64,000 nucleotides of DNA from an uncultured Spirochaetota bacterium (GTDB taxonomy: Bacteria; Spirochaetota; UBA4802; UBA5550). Numbering within the stretch: position 1 is the stretch's first letter; each line of letters starts with the position of its first letter. The position numbers and the translations under genes are program-made. The stretch lies in NCBI GenBank assembly GCA_963827275.1, contig CAWHAA010000005.1, positions 384,001-448,000 of the forward strand, written 5' to 3'. This document shows, piece after piece, positions 54,074-64,000 of the stretch. Under the pieces are notes generated by a model that did not search any database, was not told the DNA's origin, and saw only the letters and a program-made list of their open reading frames with translations.

Positions 54074-55228
54074 TTGATCATGCATATACAAACAAATTTT
54101 GAATTTTTAAATCAATCGAAAATCATATCGGGCAACTGCGCGCTCCAGAACATCCCGTTCGAGCTTGCCGGTTACGACGCGCGCAAGCCGCTGGTGATCG
54201 CGTCGAAGAAAGTGACCGAACTCGGCCTGAAAAAAACGTTCATAAAGGCGTTTTACGATTCGGTGACGGTGCTGGGCGCGGTGTTCGACGAAGTCGGCGA
54301 CTACGCGGGAATATCACTCGCGCAGAAAGCGGCGACGCTCTACCGGGAGCGGGGCTGCGATTCGATCATCGCCCTGGGCAACGGCGCCACGGTGGACGTG
54401 GCCAAGGCGGTGAACCTGATGGTCACCCTGAAGATCGACACGCTCCAGCAGTTCCTCGACGGCGCGCCGGTCCCGGGGCACCTGAAGCCGCTGATGATCG
54501 TCCCCGTCGGCGTCTTCAACGGCATGGAAGCGACCAACACCATGACCATCGACAACCGCCGGGTCACGTCGGACTTCCTCTACCCGGAGGTCATCATCAT
54601 AGACCCCCGCATGGTGCGGGGCCGCTGCGCCGAGTGCGCCGCCAAATCAGCCGCGGTCGCGATCGAACAGGCGGTGATGGCCATATCCGGCGAAGACCAC
54701 AGCCCCATGGTTGACGCGTACGCCTATTCAGCCCTCCAGTACATCGCGGAATACATGAAGAAAAGGATCAAGCAGCCGCGGAACAAGGACGCGGGCCTGG
54801 CCATGGCAAACGCCTCCGTCATGGCTTCCGTCGCCTACGCGAACACGAAGCCGGGCATGGCGCGCCTCCTGGCGGAAGAGCTGGAACTATCGACGGGCAT
54901 CCCCGCCGCCACCTTCATCGCCATCCTCCTGCCGCGGGCCATGGCATACCTGTCCCGCAAGCCAGGCATATTCAGGGACGAGCTGCTGCTCGCGGCCGCC
55001 GGTATGGATGCCTATTCGGCGACGCCGAAGAACGAGCGCCAGCGCAAGGGCGTGGAGACGGTGCTGGGGATCCTGAATAATTTCAAGGGGGTCCTTCCGG
55101 TACTGCTCACGCCGCTCAATGTCCAGAAGCACCTGCTTGCCAAGGCCGCCGCCGCGGCCGCCGCGAAGAGCGGGAAACGCTACAGCGACGCCGACTGTCT
55201 CGCCGTCCTGGAACTGGCGTGGGAATAA
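54074..55228 (+). CDS. Fe-ADH homolog lacking metal ligands
   Basis: CDSIIALGNGATVDVAK, IIDP; Asp/His ligands absent. Confidence 0.8.
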   Translation: MIMHIQTNFEFLNQSKIISGNCALQNIPFELAGYDARKPLVIASKKVTELGLKKTFIKAFYDSVTVLGAVFDEVGDYAGISLAQKAATLYRERGCDSIIALGNGATVDVAKAVNLMVTLKIDTLQQFLDGAPVPGHLKPLMIVPVGVFNGMEATNTMTIDNRRVTSDFLYPEVIIIDPRMVRGRCAECAAKSAAVAIEQAVMAISGEDHSPMVDAYAYSALQYIAEYMKKRIKQPRNKDAGLAMANASVMASVAYANTKPGMARLLAEELELSTGIPAATFIAILLPRAMAYLSRKPGIFRDELLLAAAGMDAYSATPKNERQRKGVETVLGILNNFKGVLPVLLTPLNVQKHLLAKAAAAAAAKSGKRYSDADCLAVLELAWE

Positions 55229-55265
55229 CGCGCGGGACGATACCATTTACAGAAAGGAGCCAACC

Positions 55266-55883
55266 ATGAACATAAACAAATATCCGGAGATAGTACCGGG
55301 CCACAAGTTCTTAATACAATTCTACATCGGCATCATGACATGGACGATCGGCAAGGCCTTCCAGGTCATGTACAAGCTCGATAAAAACGTGAGGGCGGAA
55401 TTCGACCGGCTGCCGAAAAATTTCATAATGATCCTCAGCGTCATCCCCGAGGCGGCGTTCAAGCCGTTCTTTTACGCCAAGCTGATGCCCAACTTCGTCG
55501 TTGACCGCGGCCTCCTGCCGATGGGCGTTCCGATGATCCTCGGGAAAGACAAGGAGGGGAAACTCAAGTACATGGGGTCCGACACCCGCGGGAGGAAAAT
55601 CACCCTGCGGCTCGGCATGAAGAGCATCGACGAGGCGTTCCGCGTCTTCAGCTTCCGCGAGCCGCTGGCGGTCGCCTTCAATCACGGCATATACATCGTG
55701 GACGGGGACCTTCCACAGTCACTCGCCTTCGTTCGCGCGATGGAGATAGTGCTGGTCACCCTCCTGCCGAAGTTCCTGGCAAAGCTTTTCGTCAAGCGCT
55801 ACCCGAGCTGGAAGGAGCTGCCCCCGGTCAAGAAATGGGTCAACAGGGTCCTCCTGTGGCTGCGCGTGTATACCATAGGATAG
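55266..55883 (+). CDS. Hypothetical protein, possible SCP2-like lipid-binding fold
   Basis: AAGGAG RBS; AVAFNHGIYIVDGDL resembles the SCP2 C-terminal motif. Confidence 0.55.
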   Translation: MNINKYPEIVPGHKFLIQFYIGIMTWTIGKAFQVMYKLDKNVRAEFDRLPKNFIMILSVIPEAAFKPFFYAKLMPNFVVDRGLLPMGVPMILGKDKEGKLKYMGSDTRGRKITLRLGMKSIDEAFRVFSFREPLAVAFNHGIYIVDGDLPQSLAFVRAMEIVLVTLLPKFLAKLFVKRYPSWKELPPVKKWVNRVLLWLRVYTIG

Positions 55884-55931
55884 GTCACGGGACGTTTCAT
55901 ATAAAAAATAATTCAGGAAAGGTGAACCACA

Positions 55932-57197
55932 ATGTTACTGCCAAGTTATTATGATTTTTGCTGCCGTGTAAAGACCGTTTCCGGAAACAACGCCCTGGAG
56001 CAGATACCGGCCCTGCTGGCGGGCATGAACGCGAGCCGGCCCATGATCATCACCGACAAGGGGGTCATGGCCGTGGGCCTCGTGGACGTCGCGAGAAAGG
56101 CCATGGGGAAGAAGCTTAAAATCGCCCACATATACGACAACGTGCCGGTCGATTCGAACTACAAGGTCGTCGATGACGCCGCCCGCGTGTACCGCCAGAA
56201 AAAATGCGATTCGCTGATCGCCATCGGCGGCGGCTCCGCGATCGACACCGCCAAGGGCGTGAACATCGTCGCGTCCCTGGGCGGCTCGTCGCTCCTTGAA
56301 TACGAGGGCTTCGGCGCGGTGAAGAAAAAGCTCAACCCGATGGTCGTCATCCCCACCACCGCCGGCACCGGCTCGGAGATGACGCTCGTCGCGGTCATCG
56401 CGGACCCGGACCGCCACATAAAGATGCTGTTCGTGTCGTACTTCATGCTGCCGGACATCGGGGTCATCGACCCGCGCATGACGAAGACCCTGCCGGACTT
56501 CCTCACCGCCTCCACCGCGATGGACGCCATGACGCACTCGTGCGAAGCGTACTTCAGCATGGAAAAGAACCCGCTGAGCGACTCCTTCGCCATCAAGGCG
56601 ATCCAGCTGATCAGTGAAAATTTATTGAACGTGGTAAAGAACCCGAAAGACCTCAAAGGGCGGAGCGCCCTGGCCATCGCCTCGACCATGGCCGGCGTCT
56701 CTTTTTCAAACTCGATGGTCGGCCTCGTCCACAACCTGGGCCACACGGTCGGCGCCATCTGCCACGTCCCCCACGGGACCGCGATGAGCATACTGCTCCC
56801 CTACGGCATGGAGTACAGCCTGCACCGGGCGCCCGACGTCATCGGCGAGCTGCTCTTCCCGATCGGCGGACCGGAGGTATACGCCGCCACGCCTAAGAAA
56901 GAGCGCGGCGAAAAGGCGATCGAGCTGATCCGCAAGATGAACCAGGACCTGCACGACGCCACCGGCGGGAAGCACCCGCGCTTCCTGAAAGAGATCCGCG
57001 ACCGCAGCGGCGCGCAGGTGGTGCCCGAGTCGGTGCTCGAGACCCTGGCGCAGGCGATTATGCTCGACGGCGCCCGCATGAGCAACGCCGAGGAGATATA
57101 CCCCCCCGACGCGCTCATGGTGTACCGCCACGCGTGGGAGGGCACGCCGCTCGATAGAAAGAAGATCGATAAGGGCGGAAAGAAGGTCAAGTGGTAA
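55932..57197 (+). CDS. Iron-containing alcohol dehydrogenase
   Basis: GGGS, PTTAGTGSE, DAMTH, HNLGH, PHG. Confidence 0.9.
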   Translation: MLLPSYYDFCCRVKTVSGNNALEQIPALLAGMNASRPMIITDKGVMAVGLVDVARKAMGKKLKIAHIYDNVPVDSNYKVVDDAARVYRQKKCDSLIAIGGGSAIDTAKGVNIVASLGGSSLLEYEGFGAVKKKLNPMVVIPTTAGTGSEMTLVAVIADPDRHIKMLFVSYFMLPDIGVIDPRMTKTLPDFLTASTAMDAMTHSCEAYFSMEKNPLSDSFAIKAIQLISENLLNVVKNPKDLKGRSALAIASTMAGVSFSNSMVGLVHNLGHTVGAICHVPHGTAMSILLPYGMEYSLHRAPDVIGELLFPIGGPEVYAATPKKERGEKAIELIRKMNQDLHDATGGKHPRFLKEIRDRSGAQVVPESVLETLAQAIMLDGARMSNAEEIYPPDALMVYRHAWEGTPLDRKKIDKGGKKVKW

Positions 57198-57203
57198 GAT
57201 TAC

Positions 57204-57238
57204 AAAGGCGGGGCCAAACGGCCCCGCCTTTTTGTTTT
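57204..57238 (+). terminator. Intrinsic terminator
   Basis: AAAGGCGGGGCC-AAAC-GGCCCCGCCTTTTTGTTTT. Confidence 0.85.
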
Positions 57239-57252
57239 AATTTCTACAGCAG

Positions 57253-57413
57253 CCCCCGTCCCGCTTCGACAAGCTCAGCACGGCGCCCAAAGGGAGGCGC
57301 GTAATCTCCCCCCTGTCCCGCTTCGACAAGCTCAGCACGGCGCCCAAAGGGGAGGCGCGGAAGATAAAGCCAATCTCCCCCCTGTCCCCCGAGGGGGGCA
57401 CGTAAGATAAAGC
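57253..57413. repeat. Tandem REP-like units
   Basis: 37-bp exact repeat at 57258 and 57315 containing CTTCGACAAGCTCAG; third unit at 57377-57402 matches the family at 9023. Confidence 0.75.
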
Positions 57414-57519
57414 GGGAAGTATCAATAATATGCTTGTATCCGAGAGAAGAAGCGCCGCAGGCTTGCGAATTGGGCGATGAGTGGAGCGGTTATGAAAAAG
57501 TTATATGAACTAATAGTAA

Positions 57520-57987
57520 CTATAAACTAATTTTCAATGGAATAAATCGTATTCCATTTTTTAATTGTTCAGGTGCAATTTGTTTAAACCCAAATTTTTC
57601 ATAGATTGGAACTGCATAAAATGATGAATTAACATCAAGTTCCCTTATTCCCTTATTATTGCATATATATAAGGATTCATGGAATAATTTTTTACCAATT
57701 CCAATTTTATGATATTTTGCATCAACGAAGAATAAACAAATGTGATTATAATCTCTAATTTCAATAATTCCAACTAATTTTGCCTCAATTTTTGCTGTTA
57801 TGAGAAAATGATTATTGCTCTGATGTCTCTTAATAATATTCTTATAATTAATATAATCTAAAAAAGTATTTATTCCTTCTGCACTATAATCTGGTGCAAC
57901 AAATTCATTAAATACATGCATTATTAAATTTGATATTTCCTGTTCTTCTCCAGTTTTCATGTTATCAATGATTACTTGATTCAACAT
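57520..57987 (-). CDS. GNAT acetyltransferase, AT-rich gene cassette
   Basis: FVDAKYHKIGIG, NSS..AVPIYEKFGF; much lower GC than the flanks. Confidence 0.85.
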   Translation of the reverse strand: MLNQVIIDNMKTGEEQEISNLIMHVFNEFVAPDYSAEGINTFLDYINYKNIIKRHQSNNHFLITAKIEAKLVGIIEIRDYNHICLFFVDAKYHKIGIGKKLFHESLYICNNKGIRELDVNSSFYAVPIYEKFGFKQIAPEQLKNGIRFIPLKISL

Positions 57988-58054
57988 ATGAATTCCATTA
58001 AATTTGCGCCGCCAAGGATGGCGGCGTCCCAAATAAGTTAAGCGAGCCAATGGC

Positions 58055-58162
58055 GTATAACGTCCAGCCATGGCCGACGCCGCGCCGCGCTTCATATTTT
58101 GCGGCGCGGTGTGGCGCAGCCCGAGCGACCGTAGGGAGCGAAGCGGCCATGGCTTGTTGTGC
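58055..58162 (-). mobile_element. attC-like integron recombination site
   Basis: Minus strand GCACAAC-AA-GCCATGGCCG...CGGCCATGGC-TGGAC-GTTATAC; long imperfect palindrome. Confidence 0.7.
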
Positions 58163-58625
58163 GCCGTACTATATACATTATGGTTTTCTGATAATATTAA
58201 TTCTTTATAAATAATATTTTAATAAATATTTTTTAAACTAAAATCATACGACATTTTTTCAACTCATATATTATAACATCAAGCGAACCTCCCTGTCAAA
58301 CACAAAAGACCATTGTTTAAAGCGGGACTCATTGCGAGGTCGGCCCTGCGTCAGCGACACCGAAGCGAAAGGTATAAGCAAACTGATTACGATTTCAGAG
58401 GATAATTTCCAGCACAACCAAGCCATTAAAACGTCAAACGCAGCGAGGTCACGGACCTCGCCGTGACAAACCAATCGGGCGTCTGTGCGAGGCGAGTCCC
58501 GCGAAGCGGGTGAGCCGAGTTACGCCCGGAGCCCCTCCGGCGATTGAGGAGCACGCGGGGGGTCCATAGGGGGGCCACCGTGCGGTGGTCCCCCTATGCC
58601 CAGTCCCGGACTGCCCCGGGAGGGG

Positions 58626-61220
58626 CTACAATTTCTGCAGCGGCCGCAGGTACCGCTCAATCCTGTTCTTCAGCTCAATGACGCGCTGCTCGTCGCGCAC
58701 CTGGTACTCCGCCTGCTTTTTGCCCGACTGGACGCTTTCAAGGGCGGCCACCCGCTCGAGCTTCGCGACCGCGTTTTCATAATAGGGCACCGAAAGCGAC
58801 TCCGGGAACTTGATCTCCCCGAGATGAAAGAGCTTGATCCCGTTCTTGCGCACTTCGTACACCATCTCCTTGCGGCCCAGGCGCTTTTTGACCTGGAGGG
58901 CGCAGTCGGCCGCGGCCAGGTACGCCTCGAGCAGGTCCTGCACCCCTTTCGCGAAGAGGAGGAGCTCGTCGCGGCCGTCCTGCGCCACCCGGTACCTGCC
59001 GTCGGAGGCCGAGATGACCGAGCGGCCGGCGAAATATTCGAGGACTTTCGCGATCATGACGGGGGCGTCCAGCATGGCCTCGGAATAGACGAACTCCTCG
59101 GACAGGAGGTCCATGAGGTCGGCGAACGTGTCCGCGATGGCGTGGCCCTCGATCCCGTCGCTGCCGTCGCGGGAGATGAATGCCAGGGAGATGAACACGG
59201 CGGGGAGAAATATGTGTATGATGCTGTTCTTGTAGAAATTGATCCGCGAGCGCTCGTTCTCGTTCAGGATATACACGCCCTCCAGCACCTCGTGCACGCC
59301 GTCCTTTCCCACGCCCGCCACCGGCTCGCCCACTATGCCGTCCTGAAGATACGAGTCAAGCACGTAGTCGAGGATCTCGTCGGTGCCGGACGCCTGCGTG
59401 AGGGTGTCGCTCATGCGCGCGCCCGCGAACTTCAGGTAGTCGGCCAGGATGCCGATGCGCTTCTTTAATATTTCGCGCGTGAACCCCTTCGCCGATGACA
59501 GGAGCATCGCGGCCGACGCGACCGAAAACGGCGTCGCGGTAACGATCTCCCCGATCTTCCGCATGATATGGCTGCCGAGAGACAGGACGACGTCCTCCCC
59601 CTCCTTCAGGCCGTCCCGGTACTGGACGTAGGAGATCGGCTCGTTGAACGAGAGATAGACCCTGCCGTACTTGCGCTTCAGGAACTTCCTGCTCTTCATG
59701 AAGTTCGATGTGGACTCCGTCTCCTTCTCCTTCCCCTTCAGCTCCATGTGGTAGGTCGATTCTTCCAGGATGCGGTCGTAGCTGATCGTGATCGGGACGA
59801 AGATCATGTCCCGGTTGTACCCCTCCTCGATGGTCTCGGCCATGTAGCGGATGATCCCCAGCTTGGGAGGAATGAGCTTCCCGGTCCTGGTCCTGGTCCC
59901 CTCGATGAAGACCTCAATGGAATAGCCCTCGCCGATGAGCGTCTTGATATACTGCCTGAAGATCGTGGGGTAGAGCTTCAGCCCCCTGAACGACCGGCGC
60001 ATGAAGAACGCGCCCGACCTCCTGAACACCTGGCCCATGGGAAAAAACGTAAGGTTCGCGCCCGCGACGATGTGCGGCGGTATTATCTTGTTTTCATAAA
60101 ACAGGCTCGATATGATCAGGTAATCCATGTGGCTCTTGTGGCTGGGCACGAAGATGAGCGGCGCGCGCTGCGCCGCCTCCCTGACCATCTTTAAATCCTC
60201 GATATTGTAGTTTATGCCGTCGAAAATCTTCGTGAACATGTACTGGACGGCCTTGTTGAACCACTTGATGACGATGATCGAAAAGTCCGCGGCGATCTCC
60301 CGGTAATACCTGTAGGCTTTTTTCCTCAGCTTTTTTTCCGACACGTGCTCGCTCTCCACCAGGGAGGCGATCTCGTCCAGGACGTTTTTATGATAGAGGA
60401 CCTTCTCCATCATCTCACTCTGTGACTTGATTGCCGGTCCCAGCACGCCCCATTTCTCGTTGTTGTATATTTCCAGCAGCTTGCTCCGGAGCGTCCGCGC
60501 GATCTGCCGGGGGTCGTCAGAGGGGGAGTTCTCGATCTCTTCCTTTAAATTTATCGGATGCGCGATGCGCATGAACGCCGGGGTGCCGCTCTTTGAAACG
60601 GTGAACAGCCCGGAGAAGAAACCCCGGTTGCCGGTCGCGCGCGACGTCATGAAGGCCCGTGTCCGCTCCGGGTTCTGGTTCCAGAACAGCACCTGCGGGA
60701 ACACGAATATCGGCGTATCGATCTCCTTCTGGGCCTCCACCAGGTACTGGAGGGTGTCCGATTTTATATCGATGTACCGGCGGATAAAAAGCTTCCGTGA
60801 CAGGAGCGAGAGCACCATGGCCCGGCCGTTTCTCAGGAGGTCCAGGATGTAGTCGCGGTCGGACATCAGCACGGTTTTTTTCCGGCCGGACAGCTTATCA
60901 AGCAGCGCGGCGGCGCTTTCAAAAAAATTGACCGCCGACTGGAAGAAGTTGGGGGTGAAATCAAGGGCGAGCTCCGGGCCTTTGAACCCGTGCTTCTTCA
61001 GCAAATTGACCAGTATCAGGAGCGGCGCGTTCGAGCTCTGGTACGAAACGTACACCGCGTGGCCGCGCGGCTGGTATTCCTTCAGCGTCATAAGGCTCTC
61101 ACTGTCGAACTCGATGCCCCTGAACAGGAGGCCCGTGATCCTGCCCATGAACGCGTTTACGTCCGTCCGGACCAGGGAATTCCTGATATATGAAGAATGA
61201 CGGATATGGATCTCATTCAT
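58626..61220 (-). CDS. plsB: Glycerol-3-phosphate acyltransferase (PlsB-like)
   Basis: HKSHMDY, GAFFMRR, FIEGTRTRTG, ISYD; start uncertain (61220 or 61319). Confidence 0.85.
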   Translation of the reverse strand: MNEIHIRHSSYIRNSLVRTDVNAFMGRITGLLFRGIEFDSESLMTLKEYQPRGHAVYVSYQSSNAPLLILVNLLKKHGFKGPELALDFTPNFFQSAVNFFESAAALLDKLSGRKKTVLMSDRDYILDLLRNGRAMVLSLLSRKLFIRRYIDIKSDTLQYLVEAQKEIDTPIFVFPQVLFWNQNPERTRAFMTSRATGNRGFFSGLFTVSKSGTPAFMRIAHPINLKEEIENSPSDDPRQIARTLRSKLLEIYNNEKWGVLGPAIKSQSEMMEKVLYHKNVLDEIASLVESEHVSEKKLRKKAYRYYREIAADFSIIVIKWFNKAVQYMFTKIFDGINYNIEDLKMVREAAQRAPLIFVPSHKSHMDYLIISSLFYENKIIPPHIVAGANLTFFPMGQVFRRSGAFFMRRSFRGLKLYPTIFRQYIKTLIGEGYSIEVFIEGTRTRTGKLIPPKLGIIRYMAETIEEGYNRDMIFVPITISYDRILEESTYHMELKGKEKETESTSNFMKSRKFLKRKYGRVYLSFNEPISYVQYRDGLKEGEDVVLSLGSHIMRKIGEIVTATPFSVASAAMLLSSAKGFTREILKKRIGILADYLKFAGARMSDTLTQASGTDEILDYVLDSYLQDGIVGEPVAGVGKDGVHEVLEGVYILNENERSRINFYKNSIIHIFLPAVFISLAFISRDGSDGIEGHAIADTFADLMDLLSEEFVYSEAMLDAPVMIAKVLEYFAGRSVISASDGRYRVAQDGRDELLLFAKGVQDLLEAYLAAADCALQVKKRLGRKEMVYEVRKNGIKLFHLGEIKFPESLSVPYYENAVAKLERVAALESVQSGKKQAEYQVRDEQRVIELKNRIERYLRPLQKL

Positions 61221-61573
61221 GCCCAACCACCTATTCGATTTCATCTCCACTGTCGCCTGCCGGCCCGCGCCTGATGACACAGGCAGCCATGTGCCATGGG
61301 AAGATACGCCGTACATCATTGTCCAACCATCACCAGTTAGACCGTTAGCCCGTTCCGATTGTTACACATCCATCCCGGAATCCGGGATCACCCCGGAATT
61401 TATGTCCAAAATTTAGACATAAATTGGATAATATAAAACGTTCCGATTACCGGCAAGTATTTTTTACTTCCATCAGTCCCGGCAGACGGCCGTTCATTTT
61501 CAAAATTTAAAAATTTGTATTGCAAATAAAATAATACTATTGATACATTGACCCAAAGTAAATTTTTTAATAA

Positions 61574-61648
61574 CGGGATGTAGCGCAGCCCGGTTAGCGC
61601 GCTTCGTTCGGGACGAAGAAGTCGGGAGTTCAAATCTCCCCATCCCGA
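61574..61648 (+). tRNA. tRNA-Pro(CGG), CCA not encoded
   Basis: CGGGATG/CATCCCG acceptor stem, CTTCG-TTCGGGA-CGAAG anticodon arm, GTTCAAAT T-loop. Confidence 0.95.
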
Positions 61649-61751
61649 ATTAAAATTTTAACAATAATGGAGTAACGAATAGGCACCTCCTTTTTTTTTG
61701 CATTGCAGCTGATGATGTTCCATAGCCGGCGTTCATATCGCGATATACTAT

Positions 61752-62175
61752 ATGGTACAGCAGGAAACAACCCACATACTCAACGAAGTCGTACCCATCT
61801 GACCAGAGCAAGCGGAAGGACATCATCGAAACTCTCTGCCGCGCAATCATCGGGTGCGGTATTGCAATATCGATAACGCCGGAAGAACTCTATCTCTCGC
61901 TGGATGAAGCAATCACCAACGCGATGGAGCATGGCAACAGGTGGGACCCTCATAAGACAATCGACGTATCGGTGACCGCGGGCCCGAAAGACCTGTTCAT
62001 ATCGATTACTGACCAGGGAAAAGGGTTTAACACGAAAGAGATTGAAGCCAGCATAAAGAACCGGGACATTCTGAGCAACCGGGGCCGGGGGATATACATC
62101 ATCAACCAGTTCTGCGATATATCCTGGAACAAGAAAGGGAACCAGATCAACCTCCAGATCAAGCGCAAGGCATAA
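61752..62175 (+). CDS. RsbW-like anti-sigma factor kinase, apparent frameshift near 61785
   Basis: LDEAITNAMEHGN, DQGKGF, GRGIY, GN. Confidence 0.75.
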
Positions 62176-62331
62176 ACTGGGACACGGTCGCGCCGCACCG
62201 CATAAAAATCCGCCGGCCGGGGCGCCGCTGATCACTATTGTATTGACATCTGCGGCCCGGGAAAGACAATTAGTCAAATGACCGGGACAGCGGTTCCGCC
62301 GCCGAGGTCGCCCGACACACACGCACGGACT

Positions 62332-62631
62332 ATGAACATAGAAAGAAAAGACACCGAAGGGGAAGTAACCTTCATAGTAATGGACGAGCTTATTTCCCGG
62401 AACATACCGTTCCTCACGGACGAGCTCAACCACTTCATACGGACCGAGGACAAGGACGCCATCATCGACCTGTCCTACGTGCGCAAGATCGATTCCGTAT
62501 CCATCGCCTCCCTGATACGCATCAAGAACGCCCTCAACGAAAAGGGCAGGAACATGCACCTCACCAATCCCAATGAAACGGTACTCAGGGTCCTGGAGCT
62601 GGCCGGCCTCGAAAAATTCCTGATGGAATAA
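62332..62631 (+). CDS. STAS anti-sigma factor antagonist
   Basis: IDLSYVRKIDS, VLELAGL. Confidence 0.8.
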   Translation: MNIERKDTEGEVTFIVMDELISRNIPFLTDELNHFIRTEDKDAIIDLSYVRKIDSVSIASLIRIKNALNEKGRNMHLTNPNETVLRVLELAGLEKFLME

Positions 62632-62644
62632 CAGGGACAACGCC

Positions 62645-64000
<1,356 letters not shown>

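Noticed and set aside
57253..57413. CRISPR array
   Set aside because: Only two full copies, no unique spacers of regular length, no cas genes
61574..61700. Integrative element at tRNA-Pro
   Set aside because: No integrase and no duplicated tRNA 3' end seen in the window

Overview
A 64 kb GC-rich chromosomal segment from an anaerobic bacterium (spirochaete- or syntroph-like gene content; taxonomy is inference). It is dominated by energy and acyl-CoA metabolism. It contains a class I CoA-transferase pair and a Tat-exported selenocysteine formate dehydrogenase with a MobA-FdhE ORF. A ~10 kb minus-strand group-4 [NiFe]-hydrogenase operon has an input module made of a catalytically degenerate Fdh-like subunit plus AsrA/AsrB-like subunits; it is followed by a four-gene two-component set and an acetate/acyl-CoA module. 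Also present are NfnAB, a metallophosphoesterase-nucleotidyltransferase fusion, class 3 FBPase, an AOR/pseudo-ADH/SCP2-like/ADH operon, an AT-rich GNAT cassette flanked by attC-like sites with no integrase in the window, plsB, tRNA-Pro, an RsbW/STAS pair and gpmI. Several REP-like palindrome families and a candidate multi-hairpin sRNA lie in intergenic regions. Many genes carry single-base frameshifts, about 20 in the hydrogenase operon alone, probably consensus errors. All calls rest on motif recognition by eye; no searches were run.
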